Shown: positions 1 through 7,247 of the stretch, piece after piece | Layout of the letters: each line of letters begins with the position of its first letter | Position numbering within the stretch: position 1 is the first letter of the stretch | DNA from: Thecamonas trahens ATCC 50062 | Lineage: Eukaryota > Protista > Apusomonadida | Direction: 5' to 3' | Length of the DNA stretch: 7,247 nucleotides | Assembly (NCBI RefSeq): GCF_000142905.1 | Contig: NW_013657621.1 | Coordinates: 220,059 to 227,305, forward strand | Notes under the pieces: generated by a model | Database searches by the model: none | What the model was told of the DNA's origin: nothing | Seen by the model: only the letters and a program-made list of their open reading frames with translations | Position numbers and translations under genes: made by a program

Positions 1-1
1 T

Positions 2-69
2 AAAAAGAGGAAGAGGGAGAGAGAGAAGAGGGAGGAGAGCAAGAGCAAGAGCAAGAGCAGGAGCAAGAG
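2..69. repeat. Purine-rich (GA) low-complexity tract ending in a (GAGCAA)x5 hexamer microsatellite
   Basis: 2-39 contains only A and G. GAGCAA occurs at 37, 43, 49 and 61, with the variant GAGCAG at 55. Confidence 0.85.
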
Positions 70-552
70 GTAGGTTCATCATGTCAGGGTGGGCATGTGA
101 GCCCATCAGGCGGCGAGGCGGGTGCCGGCGAGGCAGGTCGGTCCAACGCGCACGCAACGCCGACACCATCAAGACCACAAGCCAGCAAGCAACACTGGTC
201 ATGCTCGTTGCCGTCCACCTCTCACCCTCCCTCTCGTCGCGCTCCTCCTCGTCGTCCATCTCGCCGTGCCCGTCGTCGTCGGCGCCCCATCGGCAACTCG
301 ATCGCACTTGGGCCCAGTCAGTCATGGGGGGAGAGCCTTGTCCTCGGCCAGCCAGACTTGGGCCCGGTCTCAATCAGCAGCGACGCAGCCGGGCGGCCGT
401 AGCTGATGGCGTGGGCCGAGGCAGTTGTGGCCTGCGGGGCGAGGTGGAGCGAGAGAAAACTCAGGCCAGGCCATGGTCATGGCTGGGTCATCGTCAGTCG
501 GTGTCGATGTCGGTGTTGGTGAGGGGGGAGTGGGAGTGAGAGTGGGTGGGGT

Positions 553-578
553 CGGCGGGCGGCGGGCGGCGGGCGGGC
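553..578. repeat. (CGGCGGG)x3 GC-rich short tandem repeat
   Basis: CGGCGGG at 553, 560 and 567, followed by a partial CGGGCG. Confidence 0.7.
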
Positions 579-1190
579 GTCGGCGGCCGTGGTGGAGGTG
601 GAGGCGGCAACAGCAACAACGACGACAACGACTCGCACCAGGTCAACTGTATCTGCCTCCCCTCCCACTCGCTCTTTTGCGCCCGCTCGCCCCTGCCATA
701 TCGATCTCACGCCCTCATCCTCGACCTCAGCCTCGGCCTGCCGCCCGCCCGCTCGCCTTGGCCATCGCTCACTTGGCCGCCCGGCAGCGATCCGGCTCCG
801 ATGGTCATCCACAGCAGCTGCCTCCCTCCCGGCATATAGTTCATTCATCCCTCCCCTCGTCACATCCCTCTCCTTCTCCCTCTCACTCCCCAGCAGTCGC
901 AGCCTCGGCCTCAGCTACGACCACCGCCTCACCTCGTCGTCCGCCATCGCCACCATCACCGCCGCCGCCGCAACCACCACTCCCATCACCAGCCATAGCC
1001 ATCACCCATCCCCATCCCCCATCCCCATCACCATCAACATCCTCATCATCAACCCAGCCATCGCCGCCTCAAGCTCGTGCTTGCTCATCTCCAGCACCAC
1101 CAGCAGCAGCACGGCGCCCATGCCGACGAGTGGCTGACCGACCAGTGGCTGGCCGTCACTCGACCACTCGCACCTCGCCCACAGCACCAG

Positions 1191-1208
1191 CCACCACCAC
1201 CACCACCA
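1191..1208. repeat. (CCA)6 microsatellite next to the assembly gap
   Basis: Six tandem CCA units ending 4 bp before the N run. Confidence 0.85.
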
Positions 1209-1212
1209 CACT

Positions 1213-1549
1213 NNNNNNNNNNNNNNNNNNNNNNNNNNNNNNNNNNNNNNNNNNNNNNNNNNNNNNNNNNNNNNNNNNNNNNNNNNNNNNNNNNNNNNNN
1301 NNNNNNNNNNNNNNNNNNNNNNNNNNNNNNNNNNNNNNNNNNNNNNNNNNNNNNNNNNNNNNNNNNNNNNNNNNNNNNNNNNNNNNNNNNNNNNNNNNNN
1401 NNNNNNNNNNNNNNNNNNNNNNNNNNNNNNNNNNNNNNNNNNNNNNNNNNNNNNNNNNNNNNNNNNNNNNNNNNNNNNNNNNNNNNNNNNNNNNNNNNNN
1501 NNNNNNNNNNNNNNNNNNNNNNNNNNNNNNNNNNNNNNNNNNNNNNNNN
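1213..1549. other. Assembly/scaffold gap (337 N)
   Basis: Uninterrupted N run. ORFs spanning it are artefacts. Confidence 0.99.
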
Positions 1550-1559
1550 GTGGTATTGG

Positions 1560-3016
1560 GATGGGCAAGGCGGGAAGAGAGAAGGGAAGTAGGGGTGCAG
1601 CAAGGGCCTGATAGTCATCACCACCATGTCACTGCCCGCATGCACCTCCTCCTGTCCGCATCCATGCCTACCTCGCTATGGGTGGCCCCGGTGGCGTGCT
1701 GGGCGGCGGATGGCGCTGGTGGGCGGCGGCGGTCGGCGGCAGGCAGCAGGCGGCCGGCAGCGATGCTGTTGACGGGCTGGTGTCGGCTGAGGTACGTCTA
1801 TGCGGGCGGGGATTGGATGGGTGAGGTTGTAGGGATAGTAGGCAGGTGTGGTGTGGGTGTGGTGGTTGTGGGTGGAGATGGTGGGGAGTGGGGGTCGGAT
1901 ATGGGCCCGCGGCAGGGGGGTCAGCACCTTCGAAGGGACACAGGGCCAACAACTTGGGCCTCGGGTGGCAGAACTCGGATTCCGGAATACTGCAGCTGTG
2001 GATTGGAAACTGGGCATGAACGTAGTGTGTGTATGTAGTAGAGTAGTAGTGAAATCAGATTGGCCATATCTTGCAATGAGTGTGATGGGGTTGTGTGCGG
2101 GGTCGGGCGGTCGAGGACGTGCTCAACCACCTAGGGCAAACAAGTCGACGCGGAAGTGAGCCGAGGAAGATGGGTATCGATGACAGCGATATTGGTACTG
2201 GTGATAGTGTGAAGTGAGTGATGACCAGTAGTGTGGTCGCGGGTTGCGTACCTGGTAGTGGGTGGGAGCTAGGTGGTGATGAAGGTGGGCTGAACGGACG
2301 AGGGGGCGACGGCTGGCGGCTGGTGGTCGGCAAGGCAGGCGCGGCACAGGGGGCTGGGTCGGGGCTGGGTGGCTTGAGATTGGTATTGGTTGGAGGAAGG
2401 ACAGTATGACTTGTGATGGTTGAGGGGTATGGGTGTCAGGGTCGGGGATGGGGATGGGGGTGAGATGGAGCGGGGAGAGGAGGCGGAGGAGGAGGAAGAG
2501 GAAGCCGAGTGCGCGATGGGATGGTGGTGGCGATAGCCACGGAATGAGGGTGGGGGCTGTGGCTGGGATGATAGTGATGGTGGTGGGGTAGGGGGTGGGG
2601 GTGGTCGTTTGTGGTGACGGGTGGTAATGAGTATGGTAGGGGGGATGAGGGGGTCGTGACGTGGGTGGCGTGCCGGGCGAAGGGATGGTGGGTATGGCGA
2701 TTCAGCTTGAGGATTGATGAAGGTGGGTATGGTGAGGATGGTGGGTGTGTGTGGGTGTGGTTGATGAGGGAGCCAGGTACTTGGACGGCAAGGGAGAGGA
2801 GGGCGGGATGGATTGGATTGAGATGGACGTCGATGGAGACGAGGGCTTGGGATTGAAGAGGGAGGCAGTCCCTGCACTCTAGCCCGCCACTGCATTGGCT
2901 ATCGATTGCCCTTCCCTCTCTTGTTCTTCCTTGTCTTAGCCAGCCCATGGGCCTCGTCGTCTGGCTCGATGATCTACAGCAGGGACGGCTGGCGATGAGC
3001 AGGCCGGCGGGGCTGT
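1560..3016. repeat. Subtelomeric repeat copy 1 (unit phase arbitrary; first ~170 bp strongly diverged)
   Basis: Collinear with copies 2 and 3 at all anchors. The left end abuts the gap, so the true start is unknown. Confidence 0.9.
2057..2065 (-). promoter_or_regulatory. CAAT-box consensus match GGCCAATCT in the invariant repeat core (also 3502-3510 and 4947-4955); function unproven
   Basis: Plus-strand AGATTGGCC is the reverse complement of the textbook CAAT box and is identical in all three copies. No associated gene was found. Confidence 0.25.
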
Positions 3017-4463
3017 GATGGGCAAGGCCGGAGGAGGGAGGGGAGGACTGGGTTGGAGAGCAGACTGGAAGTCATTGCCAATGCTGTGGCTATCTCTATG
3101 CATCGCCTCCAATGTCCTGTCGATGGCTAGCTTGCTCTCGGTGGTGCCGGCAGTGGTCGGTCGGCGGCGGGCGGTGGTCGGCGGCGAGCAGCAGGCGGCC
3201 GGCAGAGATGCTGTTGACGGGATGGCGTCGGCTGATGTGCGTATCGTTGGGCAGGGAGTGGGTGGCTATGTTTGCAGGGGTAGTGGGTACGTGTGGTGTG
3301 GGTGTCGTGGTTGTGGGTGGAGATGATAGGGAGTGAGGGTCGGATATGGGCCCGGGGAGGAGGGGTCAGCAGCATCGAAGGGACACAGGGCCAACAACTT
3401 GGGCCTGAGCCGGCAGAACTCGGATTCTGGAATACAGCAGCTGTGGATTGGAGACTGAGCATGGGGGTAGTGTGTGTATGTAATAGGGTAGTAGTGAAAT
3501 CAGATTGGCCATATCTTGCAATGAGTGTGGTGGGGGGCGTGTGCGGGGTCGGGTGGTCGAGGACGTGCTCAACCACCTAGGCAAAACAAGTCTACGCGGA
3601 AATGAGCCGAGGTTGATGGAGATCGATGACAGCGATATTGGTACTGGTGATAGTGCACGGTAAGTGATGACCTTGGGTGTGGTCGTGGGTAGCGTGGCTG
3701 GTAGTGGGAAGGAGCTAGGTGGTGATGAAGGTGGGCCTGATCGGGCGAGCGGGCGGCGGCTGGCGGCTGGTGGTCGGCGAGGCAGGGGCAGCAGAGGGGG
3801 CTGGGTCGAGGCTGGGTGGCTTGAGACTAATGTTGGTTGGTGGATGGGCAGTAAGGCATGTGATGGTTGGGCGGTGGCAGTGTTGGGGTCCGGGTAGAGG
3901 ATGAGGGTGAGTTGGAGCTCGGAGAGGAGGAGGAGGAGGAGGAAGAGGAAGCCGAGTGCGCGATGGGATGGTGGTGAGGATGGCCAAGGCAAGGTGGTGG
4001 TGGTTGTGGCTGGAATGATAGTGATGGTGGTGGAGTAGGGGTGAGGATGGTGGTTGCGGATGATGGATCGTAATGACTATGGTAGGGGGATGAGGGGGTC
4101 GTGACGTCGGAGGCGGGACGGGCGAAATGGAAGTAAGTATGGCGATTGGGCTTGAGGATTGATGTGGATGAGTATGATAAGGATGATGGGTGTGTGTGGC
4201 GTGTGGGAAATGAGGGTGGAGGGGCTTGGGCGGCGAGGGCGACGAGGGCGGACGGGATTGGATTGAGATGGACGTCGATGGAGACGAGAGCTTGGGATTG
4301 GAAGACGAGGCAGACCACTGCACTCTAGTCCACCTCTGCATTGCCAATCGCTTGCCCTTGCCCTCTCTTGTTCTTCCTTGTCTTGGCCAGCCCGGTGGTC
4401 TCGTCGTCTGGCACGGTGATCGGCAGCAGGGGCGGCTGGCGACGAGCAGGCCGGCGGGGCTGT
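3017..4463. repeat. Subtelomeric repeat copy 2 (complete, ~1447 bp)
   Basis: Bounded by the GATGGGCAAGG anchors at 3017 and 4464 and contains all internal anchors. Confidence 0.93.
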
Positions 4464-5717
4464 GATGGGCAAGGCCGGAGGAGGGAGGGGAGGATTGGGT
4501 TGGAGGGCATACTGATAGTCATTGTCATTGATGTAGCTATCCATATGCATTGTTTCAATGATCTGTCGATGGCGAGCTTGCTCTCGGTGGTGCCGGCGGT
4601 GGTCGGTCGGCGGCGGGCGGCGGTCGGCGGCGAGCAGCAGGCGGTCGGCAGTGATGCTGTTGACGGGTTGGTGTCGGCTGATGTGAAAATCGACGGGCAG
4701 GGAGTCGGTGGCTATGTTTGCATGGGTGGTGACTATGTGTGGTGTGGGTGTGGTGGTTGTGGGTGGACAGGTTGGGGAGTGGGGGTCGGAGATGGGCCCG
4801 GGGAGGAGGGGTCAGCAGCATCAAAGGGACACAGGGCCAACAACTTGGGCCTGAGCCGGCAGAACTCGGATTCTGGAATACAGCAGCTGTGGATTGGAGA
4901 CTGAGCAAGGGGGTATGTGTGTATGTGATAGGGTAGTAGTGAAATCAGATTGGCCATATCTTGCAATGAGTGTGGTGGGGTTGTGTGCGGGGTGGGCGGT
5001 CGAGGACGTGCTCAACCACCTAGGGCAAACAAGTCGACGCGAAAGTGAGCCGAGGAAGATGGGTATCGATGACAACGATATTGGTACTGGTGATAGTGTG
5101 AGGTGAGTGATGACCAGTAGTGTGGTCGCGGGTTGTGTAGCTGGTAGTGGGAAGGAGCTAGGTGGTAGTGAAGGTGGGCCGATCGGGCGAGCGGGCGACG
5201 GCTGGGCGGCTGGTGGTCGGCGAGGCAGGGGCAGCTGAGGGGGCGGGGTCGGGGCTGGGTGGCTCGAGATTGCCGTTGGTTGGTGGACGGGCAGTAAGGC
5301 ATGTGATGGTTGGGCGGTGGCAGTGTTGGGGTCCGATAGAGGATGAGGGTGAGTTGGAGCGGGGAGAGGAGGCGGATGAGGAGGAAGAGGAAGCCGAGTG
5401 CGCGATGGGATGGTGGTGGCGATGGCCAAGGCAAGGTGGTGGTGGTTGTGGCTAGGATGATAGTGATGGTGGTGGGGTAGGGGTGGCGGTGGTCGTTGGT
5501 GGTGATGGGTGGTAATAAGTATGGTAGGGGGGGATGAGGGCGGTCGTGACGTGGGGTCGTGACGGGCGAAATGGTAGTAGGTATGGCGATTGGGCTTGAG
5601 CATTGATGAAGGTGAGAATGATACGGCTGATGGGTGTGTGCAGCGTGTGGTTGATGAGGGTGGAGGGGCTTGGGCGGCAGAGGGAAGGCGGCGGACGTTA
5701 ATTGAGTTGAACGTTAA
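4464..5717. repeat. Subtelomeric repeat copy 3 (truncated on the telomere side, about 190 bp missing)
   Basis: Similarity to copy 2 is clear up to GGAGGGGCTTGGGCGGC (~5662-5678), decays over 5680-5717 and is then lost. Confidence 0.9.
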
Positions 5718-6505
5718 ATTAATTGAAGAAAAGCCGGAACGGGCATCAAACGAGGCAATGACGTCCACAACAACAACCAAAGATCATACATGGCTTGCAC
5801 AGCACACGTATGCGTAAGCCAACAGGGACTGGACAATGCTAGCAGGCAATGGGATGAACTCGGGTGACGTTCAGGTCGATGAGGCAGGGCGCGGTTGATC
5901 GATCAGATCTGCAGATCAACCATGACCACAAAACAACAGGGTCAACACGAAATATAATGCATGCACAACTATTGACCACGACAAACGACAACAAAGTTGA
6001 GAATCGATAGTGTAGTGAGCAAGGCCGAAGATGGACGTGGGAGTCAAGATCGATGAAAACAGGAGAATCAAGAACAAATGAAGCATGACGAAAAATGATA
6101 CAAAGCAACAACAAGAACAAAGGCAAAGATCAATAAGGATGCATGCCGATTCTAGTCAACCATCAAAGGCAAGAGCAACCACAGCAGAACATGAAGGCCG
6201 ACAATAGCATCATCACAGCATATGAGACCATGAACGGCAAAGAACAACGAGCAAGGTCAGCCAACAAGAACAAAATAAGAAAGAATCGAATGATCAATTG
6301 ACAATGATAAATGACGATCAATTGAATCTCAAACAATCAAACGAGTGACGAGTGGCGAATCATGAAAATGTTGAATGACATTCATGTCACCCAACAACCC
6401 GCACATGCCACTCGGTCGAACGAGTGACACCGGCAAGTGTCAATGGGGGATGGAGATTGTCGATCAGCATCAAAGACTCAATTCACGCCCATGAACAGCC
6501 ATGCA
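5718..6505. other. A-rich spacer between the repeat array and the telomere; probably non-coding
   Basis: Abrupt switch from G/T-rich to A-rich sequence (many CAA, AAC and GAA). The ORF track shows no long + strand ORF inside it. Confidence 0.7.
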
Positions 6506-6555
6506 CACGGTAGGGTGGAGGATGAGTATGGTGGGGTGGGTGGGAATGTGGATGT

Positions 6556-6580
6556 GGGTCATGGGTGGGATGGGTAGGGG
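6556..6580 (+). other. Canonical G-quadruplex motif in the G-rich pre-telomeric cap
   Basis: GGG-tcat-GGG-t-GGG-at-GGG-ta-GGGG fits the (G3+N1-7)x4 pattern. Confidence 0.6.
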
Positions 6581-6642
6581 TGGCAAGGGGCAGTGAGTGG
6601 CAGGTGAAGTGAGTGGTGGTCGGTGGGGAGAAATGGAGTGGG

Positions 6643-6693
6643 GCTAGGGTTGATGAGGCATCAGCTAGGGTTGACGAGGCATCAGCTAGGGTT
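6643..6693 (+). repeat. 21-bp tandem repeat GCTAGGGTTGAYGAGGCATCA (2 copies plus a 9-bp partial) at the telomere junction
   Basis: 6643-6663 and 6664-6684 differ at one base (T/C). The third copy, GCTAGGGTT (6685-6693), runs directly into TTAGGG repeats. Confidence 0.92.
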
Positions 6694-7172
6694 AGGGTTA
6701 GGGTTAGGGTTAGGGTTAGGGTTAGGGTTAGGGTTAGGGTTAGGGTTAGGGTTAGGGTTAGGGTTAGGGTTAGGGTTAGGGTTAGGGTTAGGGTTAGGGT
6801 TAGGGTTAGGGTTAGGGTTAGGGTTAGGGTTAGGGTTAGGGTTAGGGTTAGGGTTAGGGTTAGGGTTAGGGTTAGGGTTAGGGTTAGGGTTAGGCTTAGG
6901 GTTAGGGTTAGGGTTAGGGTTAGGGTTAGGGTTAGGGTTAGGGTTAGGGTTCCCGGTTAGGGTTAGGGTTAGGGTTAGGGTTAGGGTTAGGGGAAGGGTT
7001 AGGGTTAGGGTTAGGGTTAGGGTTAGGGTTAGGGTTAGGGTTAGGGTTAGGGTTAGGGTTAGGGTTAGGGTTAGGGTTAGGGTTAGGGTTAGGGTTAGGG
7101 TTAGGGTTAGGGTTAGGGTTAGGGTTAGGGTTAGGGTTAGGGTTAGGGTTAGGGTTAGGGTTAGGGTTAGGG

Positions 7173-7209
<37 letters not shown>

Positions 7210-7247
7210 CCCGGGCCCCCCGGGTTAGGGTTAGGGTTAGGGTTAGG
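6692..7247 (+). repeat. Telomeric (TTAGGG)n tract, 556 bp, about 92 units
   Basis: Near-perfect TTAGGG array to the window end, with the G-rich strand running 5'->3' toward the terminus as expected for a true telomere. Confidence 0.98.

Larger units (their letters stand above)
1560..5717. repeat. Subtelomeric tandem array of a ~1445-bp G/T-rich unit, about 2.9 copies visible
   Basis: Anchors recur at constant spacing: GAAATCAGATTGGCCATATCTTGCAATGAG at 2051/3496/4941 (1445, 1445); GGGACACAGGGCCAACAACTTGGGCCT at 1935/3380/4826 (1445, 1446); GATGGGCAAGG at 1560/3017/4464. Confidence 0.96.

Noticed and set aside
306-365. ACTTGGGCCC direct repeat (306 and 356), similar to ACTTGGGCCT in the repeat unit
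   Set aside because: It is only 10 bp with no extended flanking similarity, which is compatible with chance.
81-1137. Overlapping ORFs in the left flank (152, 101, 94, 128, 97 and 182 aa)
   Set aside because: Several frames are open at once in GC-rich, stop-poor DNA, with no recognisable motif. A spliced exon cannot be fully excluded without RNA data.
425-2038. 537-aa ORF and the other ORFs crossing the gap (1002-1568, 1077-1592, 1085-1645)
   Set aside because: They are open only because of 337 Ns, and the flanking translations are low-complexity Pro/Ser/Gly/Arg with no recognisable domain.
1848-2159. Recurrent ORF 'GTQGQQLGP...VVVKSDWPYLAMSV' (also 3293-3580 and 4739-5106)
   Set aside because: It recurs because the DNA is repeated. 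Most differences between copies change amino acids, the C-termini differ and copy 3 is frameshifted, so there is no sign of coding constraint.
1560-5717. Autonomous telomeric retrotransposon, telomere-linked helicase gene, rDNA/5S array or CRISPR array
   Set aside because: I saw no RT, endonuclease, RecQ or rRNA motifs, no poly(A) tail or terminal repeats, and no short-repeat/unique-spacer structure.
4821-5780. 319-aa and other Pro/His-rich minus-strand ORFs in the array
   Set aside because: They are translations of the C/A-rich strand, and frame and length are not preserved among copies.
5839-6126. 95-aa hydrophobic minus-strand ORF resembling a signal peptide
   Set aside because: Hydrophobicity follows from the T-rich strand, the start is non-ATG, and there is no recognisable family.
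5718-6505. Classical ascomycete RIP as the cause of A-richness
   Set aside because: RIP depletes CpA/TpG and enriches TpA, whereas this region is CpA-rich and not visibly TpA-rich.
6613-7195. (RV)n and (GL)n ORFs
   Set aside because: These are simple translations of TTAGGG repeats, with no evidence here of expression.

Overview
This window is a eukaryotic chromosome end read toward the telomere. Layout: GC-rich, low-complexity flank (1-1212); a 337-N assembly gap (1213-1549); about 2.9 head-to-tail copies of a diverged ~1445-bp G/T-rich subtelomeric repeat (~1560-5717); an A-rich ~780-bp spacer (~5718-6505); a G-rich cap with a 21-bp duplicated junction motif (6509-6693); and about 92 units of (TTAGGG)n running to the end of the window (6692-7247), with five variant or interrupted positions. 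I can support no protein-coding or RNA gene: the ORFs reflect low complexity, the gap or the telomere repeat. The organism cannot be identified beyond 'TTAGGG-type eukaryote'. I see no demonstrable new system. The best leads are the 1445-bp repeat (telomere-like strand bias, mosaic copies, invariant CCAAT-containing core) and the telomere junction. All alignments were made by eye.
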